From a virus (lineage: Duplodnaviria > Caudoviricetes): DNA of 64,000 nt. Shown here piece by piece: positions 19,871 through 31,354 of the stretch. The number at the start of each line of letters is the position of its first letter. The stretch's first letter is position 1. The stretch lies in the IMG/VR virus record IMGVR_UViG_3300032069_000010, positions 749 to 64,748 of that record; one strand, written 5' to 3'. Below the pieces are notes generated by a model. The model searched no databases, was not told where the DNA came from, and saw only the letters and a list, made by a program, of their open reading frames with translations. The translations under genes were made by a program, and so were the position numbers.

Positions 19871-19878
19871 CCATAGGC

Positions 19879-20043
19879 TTATTTTTCTTCGATCTTTTCA
19901 AGTTCCTTCTGTAGATTCGATAGCTCAATCGTCGCAATCGTCCGCTCTTTCTCCGCTTCCATCGCCTGCCTTGAAGCGTCGAGAAGTTTTAATATACTTT
20001 TCTTCATCTCCAGGCTTATCTCCTGGACAGACCGCGTCGCCAT
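19879..20043 (-). CDS. small coiled-coil protein (not in ORF track)
   Basis: MATRSVQEISLEMKKSILKLLDASRQAMEAEKERTIATIELSNLQKELEKIEEK*, translated by hand. Confidence 0.5.
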   Translation of the reverse strand: MATRSVQEISLEMKKSILKLLDASRQAMEAEKERTIATIELSNLQKELEKIEEK

Positions 20044-20056
20044 CCATACAAACCCT

Positions 20057-20551
20057 TCACTTTTGGCTACCGTTGTTAAGCAGGTCCTTCTTTAGCCCAG
20101 CAACGATTTCGATAAGCTTTCTCTGAAGGTTCGCACTAAACTCACCAAACTGGGCAGCAATAAGCTCATGGTGGTGAGTAAATTTTTCGTCTACCATTCT
20201 GGCAAACGTAGCGGCAGCCCTTGACGTGACCTTATCGCAAATCTCATCATGGTCCTTAGATAACATTGGTCCACCTCTTTCAAATAAAGCGTTTCTCCAA
20301 TCGAAAAAATCTTTTATCTTACAATTTAATGACCCCGAGCACTTAGACTGCTTATCATCACAATATTTAAAGAAAATATCTCTCGTAACGATCCCCCCCT
20401 GCTTGTCAATTCCACCTTTCCACCCATCCCACTGATTCATCCATCTCTTTATAAACCAGCCGACAATGAGCGCAAGCCCAGAGACCATACTCAGCACAAT
20501 TTCCCAAACCAAACCCCAATCAACCACCTGCTGAATTACTGGATCGCCCAT
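20057..20551 (-). CDS. N-terminal TM protein, possible holin-like
   Basis: Single N-terminal hydrophobic helix at the end of the tail operon. Confidence 0.5.
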   Translation of the reverse strand: MGDPVIQQVVDWGLVWEIVLSMVSGLALIVGWFIKRWMNQWDGWKGGIDKQGGIVTRDIFFKYCDDKQSKCSGSLNCKIKDFFDWRNALFERGGPMLSKDHDEICDKVTSRAAATFARMVDEKFTHHHELIAAQFGEFSANLQRKLIEIVAGLKKDLLNNGSQK

Positions 20552-20563
20552 TTCATTTCCTTT

Positions 20564-21646
20564 CTATGGATTTGTTACCGTAGGAGTTCCGAACGCTTCT
20601 GCTGAACCGATCGCAGACGGACTAATTGTCACAGAACCACGCTGTATGACAGGACTCCCAAACGCTTCTGCTGAACCGATCGCAAACGGACCAATCGGAA
20701 TCTCCTCATAATCCTGGCTAATACTAACCAACATCCTTGAACTCTCCATTGCTCTACCCACAACCTGCCTGATATGTCCAGCTTCAGTTGGCGGATCGAG
20801 AGTAATCTCACCCTCAGTATCAGACAAATAATATCTTTTATTAACTACTAAACCTGCAAACCCATCCATTGGTCCAAAAAGCTGAACCTCTCCATTTATC
20901 GGATGGCTTACTTTCACAAACCCAATCGCAGCCTTTTTATAATCTGTTGCACTCGCAAGGCCAAAAACTCCTAAATACAAATAAGCAGCCTTGCACGCTG
21001 CTAAATTTCCAGTATCAACATTTCTTAAAACCACCTCTCCCTGGTTAAGAATCGAGATTACTTGATTTACATCCTCTGCATCAACAAGCGACCCCCTACC
21101 ATCATATTCAGCAAAAACCGTTTTCCCTGCATCTGATGAATGGAAAGTAATCTTCCCATTTGAATAATTAACAAGAAACTCTTTTGTAGTAATAGGAATG
21201 GTTTGAACTTCATTCCAGAACTCGGCAGTGAAATCCCATCGGTCATCGAGATTGAAATCTTGTCCTGAACCACCATAAAACTGAATAGTTACACCAAGCC
21301 CAAGGGTAATTGGTTCAGAAACAAGAATCGGAACTAACGTAGTATTCCAAATCAATCCCCCCGTATCTGACCACTTAAACGTTGCGGTTTCAATCTCACC
21401 TGCCGTATCAATTTGGACTCTAAAATTTTTTGTGTCTATCCCAACAAATGATCCTCCGCTTAAGCAACTTCCTGACCCAGTTCCTGTTTTCACAGTCGGA
21501 GATATTCTTCTAAGCTTAACCTCTGCAAAAGAATCTGGTACTTCTTCGAGTCTTGTTTTAAAGGGAGAAGACGATGGAATCGTAATCTGCTCATCCGTTA
21601 TTGAAATATTTATGTCTCTTTCGTCAACCTGAATTTTTAGAGCCAT
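20564..21646 (-). CDS. virion structural/tail protein
   Basis: Beta-rich; YYLSDT.G.I...PP..AG..RQVVGRA motif; two AIGSAEAFG repeats. Confidence 0.65.
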   Translation of the reverse strand: MALKIQVDERDINISITDEQITIPSSSPFKTRLEEVPDSFAEVKLRRISPTVKTGTGSGSCLSGGSFVGIDTKNFRVQIDTAGEIETATFKWSDTGGLIWNTTLVPILVSEPITLGLGVTIQFYGGSGQDFNLDDRWDFTAEFWNEVQTIPITTKEFLVNYSNGKITFHSSDAGKTVFAEYDGRGSLVDAEDVNQVISILNQGEVVLRNVDTGNLAACKAAYLYLGVFGLASATDYKKAAIGFVKVSHPINGEVQLFGPMDGFAGLVVNKRYYLSDTEGEITLDPPTEAGHIRQVVGRAMESSRMLVSISQDYEEIPIGPFAIGSAEAFGSPVIQRGSVTISPSAIGSAEAFGTPTVTNP

Positions 21647-21655
21647 AATAACTCC

Positions 21656-24600
21656 TTACCATTGTTTATCATCACCACGCAAAGGTGGCGAAGATGAGAA
21701 CCCAAGTAATGCTAACGCATTCCACATCGCATTACTTAACACATAAGCCCTATAAACACGCTTATCAGGATGAACTTCAATTAGATTTCCGCTATCAGAG
21801 TATATCCCCTCGCTAAACATAAATCGTCCATAGGGGAAAAACATCTCTAACTCAAACAACAAACTAAGGAGAAAATACTTTGTCGTAACAGCAGTTTCTG
21901 GAACAAGCAGTTTGAAAAAAAGTGACTTTTTTGAATGCGTGAACATCGGCCCAAAATCAACAACTGTACTTGGATAAAGTGCTATCCAGGTTCCACCATC
22001 AACCTTTACGCTCAACCACCCATTTTCAAGAATCTCTTTCCCGAGCGCATTTGTGGTTCCAGCCAATATCCTAAATTCAAGGTTTTCAACGAAAGGCAAT
22101 TTCTGATAACGCCCATACCAAAGTTCAAGCTCCCCGGTGTAACGCTCAACTCCATGTCTTACCCAATCCTCTTCTATAGTCAGCGCGTCGGCATCATACT
22201 TGTTGGGTTCATAGAGTTCTATCTTAGCAAACCCGCTTCTTGTTAGAGACGACTCCCATTCTACAAAGAAACTATACTGCACCGTCTCCATCACTGTCCC
22301 AAATAAAGACTCAGCATTAATCTCAACGCTTACTGTCTGTTCGTAGCTGAAATCAGGATGGCTAACTTCGATATAATACTCCGCTGGATTACCGCTATAG
22401 CTAAACTCTGGATCTACATAATCATATTCAACGCCATTGATTTTTACTCTGACCGTTGAAATATCAACCCCATCACTACCAAAACCAGTCCCACAAATAT
22501 TAAAACAAACCTTTTGGTTTCGCAGGACCAAAGTTTCACCAGGATGGGGACTCCTCGCTCTTACTGCTAACGGTTGAGGAAAACACAAGGTTGCATCTCC
22601 GAAAGCTTCCATAGAGCTAATTCCAGATGGAACAACTACTAAAAGCATAAGTTTCACAATTGTATTGCCAAAAATCTCAGCAGAATCTATCCCCGAAGGC
22701 AAAACTAACAGGGCATCCCAAACCGTTGGATTGCCAAGTGTCTCAATAGAACCTATCCCTGAAATAATAATTGCCACAGAACCAGGAACAACTAATAGAT
22801 TTCCAAAAACCTCCGCAGAACTGATCCCCGATGGATACAATATCAAGGCACCGCCAATAACCGTAGGACTGCCAAAATTTTCAGCAGAACTAATCCCGGA
22901 AGAATATATAGCTAAAATTAAAAAAATGTCGACAGTAATCCTGCTTGCATAGATGGGGTCATTCAGGACATTTGTGCTAATGGTCTGGGCAGTATCAGGC
23001 ATTGTCAAAGCAGAACCTATAGCTCTATAGGCTCCCGTGACAGTTGACCCAGCAATATCAACAGGTATTCCATTGGGATCTCTCTGTAGTTTAGCTGAAT
23101 CATTAATATCTGAGGACGAATTTATTTCGTGATAGTAATCATCAGCCACCCCCGACCATTCGCCAGGATCAAAATACGTATCATAGTCTTTTAATCCAAT
23201 CGAACCTTCATTCTTATTAATTAAAAGGTATTCTGCTTGGAGCTTATTAAAAACATTATCCTTTAATCCCCTTTGAATTCTGCCTGTGAAGTTTCCACTC
23301 GATGCATATACATAATCAGCATCCTGACAAACTCCATAAGGAGTGTTTGTACCGACGTTTAAATTACTAAAGGCCCCTCCCAGAGCCCACTCCATTTCAT
23401 AATTTAGGACAATCTCAGAAAATTTACGAATTCTTTCGACTCCCCTTTCATTTTGGTAATTAATACCAAAAATATAAATAAATTTGTCATCATCACACAT
23501 TGAGAACGGATATTTAATATATTTTAAGGGGTGTTCAAAATAATAGTAAATACTGTCTTCGAAATGAACTTTTGACCATCTTTCTACATACACAGGATCA
23601 TAGGTTCCAATTAAATAAACAAATTCCGAATCTTCACAAATATCCTTGTGCCCGCTCCAGCCATCCCTTGTGTAATGAAGACCAGTAAAATCAGATTTAT
23701 CAATCCTAACGATAAATCCAGGATTAATTGTGTCCAAGCAACCCCACACATAATTTCCTTCACCCGTGATTCCTGTAATATTGTTTTTCCCCGTATTTAA
23801 GGTCTTTGTTACATGTGTTCCACTAAAATCCGCTTTGGAAATTCGTGCTATTTTCGAGGGGCTGACGCTCAAAGCGACATAAACATAAGATAAGTCCTGA
23901 CAGATATCTACGCCATTAGTTTCCCCAAAATCAAGGGTTTTGTATATCGGCGTTCCAGTAAAATTCGATTTGGCAATCCGTGCTATCACGGCAGGAGAAC
24001 TATTATTTGAACAGACATAAACATAATCAGCGTCATCGCATATCCCGTAGGCGTTATTTAGCGATGAAAGAATAACGGTGATAGTGTCAGTGAAATTGGA
24101 TTTGTTGACCCTTACTACCTTACCAGGAGATTCATCAATTGCTATGTAAATGTAGTCTGCATCTACACAAGTTTTCCTGACATTAATATTGGAAAGGGAA
24201 TTCGTCTCAACATTCTTCATGAAATAGGAGTGTTTGACCACTATTTTTGCTGAATAAATGCTATAGGACGTTTGACCCTTAAGAGTAACAAGCCACGTTA
24301 CCACCCTATAGTTTCTTCCATTCGTAGGGAAAAAAGAATACCTAACTCTATCAGGGACTTGGCTACAAAGATTCTGGGTTTCGAAAACAGAATGCCAATT
24401 TTGGAAGTTCCCATCGTCTTCCTCAAGGAAACCCTGAACAAATTTACTATTTGAATTAACAATCATATAACAAAGATCAAGAAAGAACTCTGGTGTCCCA
24501 GAGAATTTGGAGCTATCATAATGCCAATATTTAGGATGATCTAATGGTATGGTAGGCCAAGCATATTCATTGACTTTGCCCCTCTCATCGCTTCCAATTT

Positions 24601-25003
24601 CTATCTGCGTTTCAGACAGAACAAATCCGGCTGACGATTCTTGAACAATGATAATACGTGCAGAAAGCACCTGGACATCTGAGGCCTTTCCTGGAGCTAT
24701 TCTTATAATGTACTCTGTTTCCCCTGCTGGGGGATTAAAGGATGAAGAACGGAATCTTGTAAAAGCCGTTGTATTCGCTGGGATAGAGCAAGTGGCATCA
24801 TCCGTGACCGTCCCGAGTCTTCGCAAGGTAATGGCATTAGCCGTAGTCGTATTTATATTTTTGGATACTACCTCAAAGTAATAAATAACTGTCCCGCTAA
24901 AAGATCTGGTATCAAGTAAAACTATGGCTTCAGAATCTTTCCCCTGGACTGTACTGCTCAGAATTGCATCAATAATATTAATTTCTTGCCTAATCTTAGT
25001 CAT
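21656..25003 (-). CDS. tail fibre/receptor-binding protein (propeller-like repeats, SGIxSAExFG repeats, Ig-like domain)
   Basis: Repeated (I/V)CxDxDY(V/I)Y blades; five SGIxSxExFG units; low GC. Confidence 0.65.
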   Translation of the reverse strand: MTKIRQEINIIDAILSSTVQGKDSEAIVLLDTRSFSGTVIYYFEVVSKNINTTTANAITLRRLGTVTDDATCSIPANTTAFTRFRSSSFNPPAGETEYIIRIAPGKASDVQVLSARIIIVQESSAGFVLSETQIEIGSDERGKVNEYAWPTIPLDHPKYWHYDSSKFSGTPEFFLDLCYMIVNSNSKFVQGFLEEDDGNFQNWHSVFETQNLCSQVPDRVRYSFFPTNGRNYRVVTWLVTLKGQTSYSIYSAKIVVKHSYFMKNVETNSLSNINVRKTCVDADYIYIAIDESPGKVVRVNKSNFTDTITVILSSLNNAYGICDDADYVYVCSNNSSPAVIARIAKSNFTGTPIYKTLDFGETNGVDICQDLSYVYVALSVSPSKIARISKADFSGTHVTKTLNTGKNNITGITGEGNYVWGCLDTINPGFIVRIDKSDFTGLHYTRDGWSGHKDICEDSEFVYLIGTYDPVYVERWSKVHFEDSIYYYFEHPLKYIKYPFSMCDDDKFIYIFGINYQNERGVERIRKFSEIVLNYEMEWALGGAFSNLNVGTNTPYGVCQDADYVYASSGNFTGRIQRGLKDNVFNKLQAEYLLINKNEGSIGLKDYDTYFDPGEWSGVADDYYHEINSSSDINDSAKLQRDPNGIPVDIAGSTVTGAYRAIGSALTMPDTAQTISTNVLNDPIYASRITVDIFLILAIYSSGISSAENFGSPTVIGGALILYPSGISSAEVFGNLLVVPGSVAIIISGIGSIETLGNPTVWDALLVLPSGIDSAEIFGNTIVKLMLLVVVPSGISSMEAFGDATLCFPQPLAVRARSPHPGETLVLRNQKVCFNICGTGFGSDGVDISTVRVKINGVEYDYVDPEFSYSGNPAEYYIEVSHPDFSYEQTVSVEINAESLFGTVMETVQYSFFVEWESSLTRSGFAKIELYEPNKYDADALTIEEDWVRHGVERYTGELELWYGRYQKLPFVENLEFRILAGTTNALGKEILENGWLSVKVDGGTWIALYPSTVVDFGPMFTHSKKSLFFKLLVPETAVTTKYFLLSLLFELEMFFPYGRFMFSEGIYSDSGNLIEVHPDKRVYRAYVLSNAMWNALALLGFSSSPPLRGDDKQW

Positions 25004-25011
25004 TTAACCCT

Positions 25012-26865
25012 TTATTCAAATAATCCCATATTGGGGTCTTTTCTTAATTCCGGAGCATAAACGATGCCCATAATACCCTCTGGTGCAATCCCCAACTTCG
25101 CAGCCAAACCACTTTCTATTCTTTCCCCGTCTAAATAAATAATGGGGTGGAATCCATCTGCGGCTCCCGAAATTAGACTCTGAATCAATTTGTCTCCTTC
25201 AGAATAAATCCACCCATACTCTATCCACTCATTTTCTCGTGTTAAAGCAAATTCTTCATAGGGGGAATAAAAATAATATGGATTGCTCTGGCCTTCATGA
25301 GACCTTGAGCCAGAATCTTTTACATATCCTTCGGCTTCCGACCAATGACCATCAAGATTCGCTGAAACTTGGCTGCCATTCTTTTTGTGTTGGCAAAATA
25401 TTTGGTTATTCCTAACGAAGGGGAATCTCATTACACTAAGATCGAGCATCGGCGTCCAGTCAACACTTTCAGTATCTTCAACCGTTTCTTCAACTGTTTT
25501 ATAAGACTGTGCATTCTCATCCCATTGTTTTGTATATGTATAATACAAATGCTTATTTGTGCTCCTCGAAAAAGAATCATAGACTTTGGCAAAATGGCTG
25601 CTTTCAGCAGCGGCATTCCCTGACATGATTTCATCAAGAGTAAGGTGGTATCTCATTGTCGGGTGTTCTGGGGGGCCACCCAAGTTTTCTTCTGTATAAA
25701 CCCCTTGCTGCGTTCCGCTTGCGCCAATATCGTAAAGGATATAGTCCATAACCAGCTTTTTGCCATCAGATTTGATATACCATCTTTTTCCATTCTGGGA
25801 ATAGGCAAAATTAGCGCTTTGGTTATACGGAAACTCATTTAATTTCCAAACACCACCATTACTATTTGAAGTCAATTCATCATACCAACTCCCTTCCCAT
25901 ACCTCTGTTTCTATATTCAACCTCTTGTAAAGTTTTGGCTGTTCTCCTGACGACGCAACCCAACCCGTAAGATCATGATTTGTTAGTTCATAAAGGATGT
26001 TCGGATACCAAGAAGTATTTGCTTTGCCTACATTCACTTCAGCCCAACAATAAAAATAACCGTCTGCCGATACAAAAAGTCCATTCTCCCAATTCGTATC
26101 TACACTTTTAATCAAAACTATTTCCCCATCTTTAAATTGGAAGACTTTCAGAAGACTTTCGTTTGCATTGTGATAATAAATTTTATTTCCATTAACATTG
26201 AACCCAGCAGACCATCCATAAGCCCACCAATCATCTTCATCGCAATCAATGTAATAATATCTTCCGGAATCAATATCGAAAACGTAAAAATATACAGGAT
26301 TGGTCGGATAACCTGGACCAGGGTCAGATCCGCCATCGGAAAGATAGCTGTAATTTTCGTATTCAGGCGGCGGCCCCTCAAACTTCAAATGAAGATTCAA
26401 TTTGAATCCCAAACCAATAATGTAGATATTTTTCGTTTCCGATAGTCCACCGCTCTCATAAAGATACTCAAACGGGACACAGCAGTAAATAAAGGGGTAA
26501 TAAGCACCATAGGCTTGGGTATTAATATTAAATCCATTCCCAATGGCATCTTTTTCAACAAAATCACCGCCAATGAATTCATTAGACTTTATTAGCGTAA
26601 ATTTCATTACGTTAGCCTTAAGATAAAAAACTAAATAATCAAAAAACTCTTCCGATAACTTCATCACTTTTTCTGGCTCTTCTTCAACTGGGGCGCTGAC
26701 CCTCTTCTTAAATATTGGTAAATACCGCCTGCTATCCTTATCGAATACGGTCAAAACATTGTCACCAACACGAAAATTGCCCTCAATCACAAGGCCCTTT
26801 CTTGTCATAAAGCAACCAGCCCCTATTTCACTAATAACCTCGTCGTGTCCAAACACTTGTCTCAC
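25012..26865 (-). CDS. tail tip/receptor-binding-associated protein
   Basis: Aromatic/acidic beta-rich 617 aa downstream of tape measure. Confidence 0.55.
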   Translation of the reverse strand: MRQVFGHDEVISEIGAGCFMTRKGLVIEGNFRVGDNVLTVFDKDSRRYLPIFKKRVSAPVEEEPEKVMKLSEEFFDYLVFYLKANVMKFTLIKSNEFIGGDFVEKDAIGNGFNINTQAYGAYYPFIYCCVPFEYLYESGGLSETKNIYIIGLGFKLNLHLKFEGPPPEYENYSYLSDGGSDPGPGYPTNPVYFYVFDIDSGRYYYIDCDEDDWWAYGWSAGFNVNGNKIYYHNANESLLKVFQFKDGEIVLIKSVDTNWENGLFVSADGYFYCWAEVNVGKANTSWYPNILYELTNHDLTGWVASSGEQPKLYKRLNIETEVWEGSWYDELTSNSNGGVWKLNEFPYNQSANFAYSQNGKRWYIKSDGKKLVMDYILYDIGASGTQQGVYTEENLGGPPEHPTMRYHLTLDEIMSGNAAAESSHFAKVYDSFSRSTNKHLYYTYTKQWDENAQSYKTVEETVEDTESVDWTPMLDLSVMRFPFVRNNQIFCQHKKNGSQVSANLDGHWSEAEGYVKDSGSRSHEGQSNPYYFYSPYEEFALTRENEWIEYGWIYSEGDKLIQSLISGAADGFHPIIYLDGERIESGLAAKLGIAPEGIMGIVYAPELRKDPNMGLFE

Positions 26866-27062
26866 GATGGATCTCCAATTAAAATCTTAATATGCTTACA
26901 TCCCATCCACGGGATCAAAAGACCTGCAGAACCTTGACAACCCGAATCAATACTGTTTGCCCCCATAATGATGCCATCGGTATAACTCATACCCTTGCCG
27001 AATCCACTGCTTATTCTTGCAAGTTTTTCCGCTTTTTCTTTCTCTATCTTCCTTCTATTCAT
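26862..27062 (-). CDS. small tail-region protein
   Basis: 4-bp overlaps with both neighbours. Confidence 0.55.
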   Translation of the reverse strand: MNRRKIEKEKAEKLARISSGFGKGMSYTDGIIMGANSIDSGCQGSAGLLIPWMGCKHIKILIGDPS

Positions 27063-28978
27063 GATGACAACACCTTTCCTTGAACAACGATTCTCGTAAT
27101 CATGGAAGGCGATTCAGCTTCTTTCGTTTTTTGCCAGCTCACAATTTTCCCATCGGTAACGGAAACGGATGGGATCTGCGCCGCCTTTCCAATGTTTACC
27201 TCACCAAACTCAACCGGCCAACCAATATCAACATCCATATCCCCTGGGATAACATACTCTCTCTCAACGGTTTCTTCATAATCAACGACCTCTTTTTTTA
27301 AGTCACCGAGGATGGCTTCTGCATCATCCCACGAAATTATATTCGGATTGCTTATAATTACTGCGGGAACATCCATGGGGGTCATCTCGTCAGACGGAAT
27401 TGACTCGGCGTAAATATGGCTCCTACGGCACGATTTTGGATATTTTGGGACTCTTCCCATAATTCGCTGAGTCGTATTTGACCTAACCTCGTCACCTTGT
27501 TTTCTTCGAAGGCCGGCAGGCGTTCTTCTATAAACTGCTTTTTCGTAAACATCCTTGGTTAATTGTCTATACCTTGTTTCGGTTTCTTCAACGATCAACC
27601 TCTGTATTGCAGATGCGATGGGCCACATCATATCGGCCAGGTTTAACTCGATATAAGTAATATCTGTATAAAGACCCAAACCACTCTGAAGCACAAGAAC
27701 ATCGGTCTCTCTCGTCATATATTCAACCAACAGATTTCCATTTTTACCATAAACCTTTGAATTAACTATCACGTCAGTTTTTCTCTTATATCTCCTAACT
27801 GGATAACCAGGGAAGTCAACAATCAGCCATGTCCACTTACTTATTGTCTGTTCTGATGATTTCTCCCTTGGTTTATCATACTCCTCACTTAAATAGTCGT
27901 ACTCATTATTTGTAACTGAATCTAAAACGGTGAACTCTTCACCCATACCTTCTATCGGCACCCATGTCCCAACTTCATGCGTTGATAATAAAGCTTTCCT
28001 GTTCCCATGTGGATCTAACAAAATTGTCTCTGTTCGGGTTACCTTATCAATCCTGGGATTTTTCATTGGGACAGTAAACGACATTGGCACGTTATCTGTC
28101 GTCGTTTTTTCCCCAGTATCTTTATTTACGACTTCCCTTGTTCCCTTAACATTAATTGTCATGTATTGTTGCGTTGCCCGCGCCGATTCCGTCGTAAGCG
28201 TAGCATTTTTTTCCGGGTGAACATTGCCCTTTTCCTTTGCCCTATTCCAAGCTCCTAACCCACCCTGGACCTTCAGATAACTCACCCTGCTGTCGTAATT
28301 AAAAATTTCTCTTTGAGTAAAATTCTCTATCTTATCCAACGATACTAACCCACTTCTTAAAGGCTTATTGAGAATATAAATTATCCCATCATCTACAAAA
28401 ATGGTTGGCTTTAAAAAATTTACAATCGAAACAATCACATCAAAATACGAAGACTGAACGTCTGCCTGCACCTGTCTTAACCAGTAAGAACGAACGTTAC
28501 AGACGACCTCTAATCCAACTTTCTGAGCTAAATAAGCAATAACCTCGCCGCTTGCCCATCCACCTTCCAGCGTCCTGTCATCACATATCTTTATTAGCGG
28601 TATATAATCCATTCCCGAATAATCCACCGCACCAGAATCATTTTGGTTTGCAATCTCAAAATCATCTTTCTCCGATTCCGTCATAGACATAAACATCAAC
28701 GTTTTTGGCGGAGCTTTTCTAATAACGTCTGCCACTTTTGAGACCCCGCCTATCACGGTCTGGTAACCCTTGGGGCCAGAATTATACTCCCGTGTCGTCA
28801 CAAACCCATTTATTCCTCTTATCGTTATGTCAGACCCGGGCGGATAGCCAGCCTCAACGCTCGGCAGTGTGAGCGAGAAATCTTCTCCAGCGGATTCTTT
28901 AGCTCGACTGATTACATAATCAGATACAGGCGTGATTCCGAATGATAATTCCTTAATATCAACCAATCGACTCATCAA
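27059..28978 (-). CDS. tail tip/hub-like protein
   Basis: Directly after tape measure; 639 aa. Confidence 0.55.
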   Translation of the reverse strand: MMSRLVDIKELSFGITPVSDYVISRAKESAGEDFSLTLPSVEAGYPPGSDITIRGINGFVTTREYNSGPKGYQTVIGGVSKVADVIRKAPPKTLMFMSMTESEKDDFEIANQNDSGAVDYSGMDYIPLIKICDDRTLEGGWASGEVIAYLAQKVGLEVVCNVRSYWLRQVQADVQSSYFDVIVSIVNFLKPTIFVDDGIIYILNKPLRSGLVSLDKIENFTQREIFNYDSRVSYLKVQGGLGAWNRAKEKGNVHPEKNATLTTESARATQQYMTINVKGTREVVNKDTGEKTTTDNVPMSFTVPMKNPRIDKVTRTETILLDPHGNRKALLSTHEVGTWVPIEGMGEEFTVLDSVTNNEYDYLSEEYDKPREKSSEQTISKWTWLIVDFPGYPVRRYKRKTDVIVNSKVYGKNGNLLVEYMTRETDVLVLQSGLGLYTDITYIELNLADMMWPIASAIQRLIVEETETRYRQLTKDVYEKAVYRRTPAGLRRKQGDEVRSNTTQRIMGRVPKYPKSCRRSHIYAESIPSDEMTPMDVPAVIISNPNIISWDDAEAILGDLKKEVVDYEETVEREYVIPGDMDVDIGWPVEFGEVNIGKAAQIPSVSVTDGKIVSWQKTKEAESPSMITRIVVQGKVLSS

Positions 28979-31302
28979 GATTCTCCCACCGCTGACCGCA
29001 CCTCTTCCCGTAACTCATCTGGTTCACCCCACGTCTGTCCTTTGGGCGTTCTCTCTCCCCGGGTCTCCCTTGCTAACTGATTCGCTATATCCTGGAGATA
29101 CGCCGTATTTTTGTTAATGCTTCCCAGGCTTTCACTGTCCCCTTCGGCACGTTTCTCTTCTTTCTCCATTTGTTTCAACATTGCCTCGAGTGACTTGTTC
29201 ATATATTCCTGAGCTTTGAAAAAGTCACCCTTGCCCATAGCAATTCCAAACATTTCCTGATAAGCTTTCCCAGCAACCCCATACTCTTTTTTCTCCGTGG
29301 CAACGCCAAGAACACCGGTGAGCATCTTCTCGCGCTCAACGCCAAATCCTTCCATTCGATACCCTTTCTCTTCTCCTATATCCCTCTTTTTGACATAAGC
29401 CCGCCAATCCTCTGTCGTTATAGCTCCATATTCCCACTTCTCACGCATCGCCATGCTTTCCCTCAGTCGCCTTGTCTCTATATCATAAGGACTCTCCACT
29501 TCCTCGCGTCCAGCAAGAGCGCCAGCCATCGTCTTCCAAGATTGGTAATATCCAAATTTCTGTTCCGGCTTCATTACGAATGGCTCCGGTTCTTTCCACT
29601 CAGCCCCCATAGCTTCAGCTTCCGCCTTGCTCTTGGGCGTCCAGAGCGGCCTCTTCATCCATCTCTCAACCTCGCCTGGTTCGTGTTTAATCTCAAGCCC
29701 TCTGCGAAGAGTTTCTTCTTCCCAAATTTTATCGAAAGTTTTCAGTCCGGCAACAAACCGCCTAGCGCTTTCTTCCAGTTTCTTAAAAACAAAATCCTTA
29801 TCTTCCTTGGAAGGAACATACTTCTCAGCTTCCTCGATTTTCCTCTTCGCACCCCATATCGTATCGGCAGCCGCTTCCATTGCGTTAGCCAGGTCGCCAA
29901 CGCCCTCAATGGCAACGCCAATGATTTCGGCATAACCTTGAAGCGCTGGCCCTGCCATCGCTCCGATGGCTGCTCCTTTTGGTCCACCCATGGCATATCC
30001 AACCGCAGCGCCACCAGCCGCCTCAATTCCAACAGCCTTAAGGGGATTCTCCACGCGGTATGATGCCATCGTCTTTTCCACACCAGCCATGGCGCTTCCT
30101 ATGGCAGGCAATAAAACCTCTGTAAATGCAGTGACCGCAGTTTGCGCTACAAATTTAAACGTAGCCTTCAACGCATTCCCGAGAGGCTCCTTGGCCACTT
30201 CCCATGCCCTCATTAATTCTTCCTTGGCGTTTTCCCAGACTTTTTTCAAAGCGTCAGCCAAACCACTCAAAGAAGAAATTCCTTCCCAGTCAATGCCTTT
30301 CGTAAAAACACCCGCAATCCTATCTGCAACGCTTTCCAGGAAGGAATTAATCTGTTCGGTCCATTTCTGGACTTTGTCGGACTTTAAAAATCTATCAATC
30401 GAATCGTTCAGTTTAAGCAGATAATCCACAACTTTTTGGTAAATTCCAGTCTTTCCGAGACGGTCCAACCACATCTCGTATTTATCTTTCACGTTTCCCA
30501 TCTGAATTCCAAGGTTCTTCGCCGCCATTGCCATCGTATCAGCGCCGACAAATTCGTCTGTCCATGCCTTCAATGCCTTTATTGCTTCCTGCGGAGAAGC
30601 TTTCATCTGCTCCATCGTCATGTTTGCGCTACGAGCAATCGATGCGACAGGCACATCAAACCTGAACTGAAGGCTTCTCCAGTTCCCGGCAAGGGCCTCA
30701 CGTATTGCCATCATAGCTCCAACAACGCCCTGTTCCGGTCTCATCGTAAGCATGCCCTGAATGATGTTCATGAAGTCTTTCATCAGCCTTACATCGCCTT
30801 CCATTAGGCCAATTTTAGTTGCGGGGATAAAAGCAAGGGACTGCATCGACTGCATGACATCTCTATACATAGCAGGATATTCAGCAGCATACTCCTTGGC
30901 AAACGTGGATACCTTCGTCACTGCATCCCAGCTTTTCAACGCACCATACAGCGAAATCTCCATCTGTTGAAAACCTTCCGTGGTCTTCAACATGGATGTC
31001 GTCCATTTTGTAAAGCTTGACACTACAACACCGCCTACAACCGCAGATAGAGCGCCAACTACGGTGGTAACGGCACCTACGACCGCGACGAGGCGACCAA
31101 GGCCGGAAACAGCTTCCGAAGCCCCGCCCTTCATGGTCGTGAAAAGAGACGCCGTATCCTGTTCGGCTTTCTTAGCGCTTTCCGACATTGGACGGAACCA
31201 TTGTCCACCGCCGTAAATTCGTGTGGTGCCTTCTAACTCGAGAAGCTCGGACTTAATCTTTTGGAAACCGCTTGATTCGTACTTTACGGTAATATCGCCC
31301 AT
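28975..31302 (-). CDS. tape measure protein
   Basis: 775-aa Ala/Gly-rich helical protein with hydrophobic segments, following the tail chaperones. Confidence 0.8.
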   Translation of the reverse strand: MGDITVKYESSGFQKIKSELLELEGTTRIYGGGQWFRPMSESAKKAEQDTASLFTTMKGGASEAVSGLGRLVAVVGAVTTVVGALSAVVGGVVVSSFTKWTTSMLKTTEGFQQMEISLYGALKSWDAVTKVSTFAKEYAAEYPAMYRDVMQSMQSLAFIPATKIGLMEGDVRLMKDFMNIIQGMLTMRPEQGVVGAMMAIREALAGNWRSLQFRFDVPVASIARSANMTMEQMKASPQEAIKALKAWTDEFVGADTMAMAAKNLGIQMGNVKDKYEMWLDRLGKTGIYQKVVDYLLKLNDSIDRFLKSDKVQKWTEQINSFLESVADRIAGVFTKGIDWEGISSLSGLADALKKVWENAKEELMRAWEVAKEPLGNALKATFKFVAQTAVTAFTEVLLPAIGSAMAGVEKTMASYRVENPLKAVGIEAAGGAAVGYAMGGPKGAAIGAMAGPALQGYAEIIGVAIEGVGDLANAMEAAADTIWGAKRKIEEAEKYVPSKEDKDFVFKKLEESARRFVAGLKTFDKIWEEETLRRGLEIKHEPGEVERWMKRPLWTPKSKAEAEAMGAEWKEPEPFVMKPEQKFGYYQSWKTMAGALAGREEVESPYDIETRRLRESMAMREKWEYGAITTEDWRAYVKKRDIGEEKGYRMEGFGVEREKMLTGVLGVATEKKEYGVAGKAYQEMFGIAMGKGDFFKAQEYMNKSLEAMLKQMEKEEKRAEGDSESLGSINKNTAYLQDIANQLARETRGERTPKGQTWGEPDELREEVRSAVGES

Positions 31303-31315
31303 CTATCACTCCATT

Positions 31316-31348
31316 GTTTCAATCCACGCTCCTATACGGGGAAGCGAC
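31316..31348 (-). CRISPR. solitary type I-C-like CRISPR repeat
   Basis: GTCGCTTCCCCGTATAGGAGCGTGGATTGAAAC; intergenic, 13 nt before the tape measure ATG. Confidence 0.75.
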
Positions 31349-31354
31349 AAACTT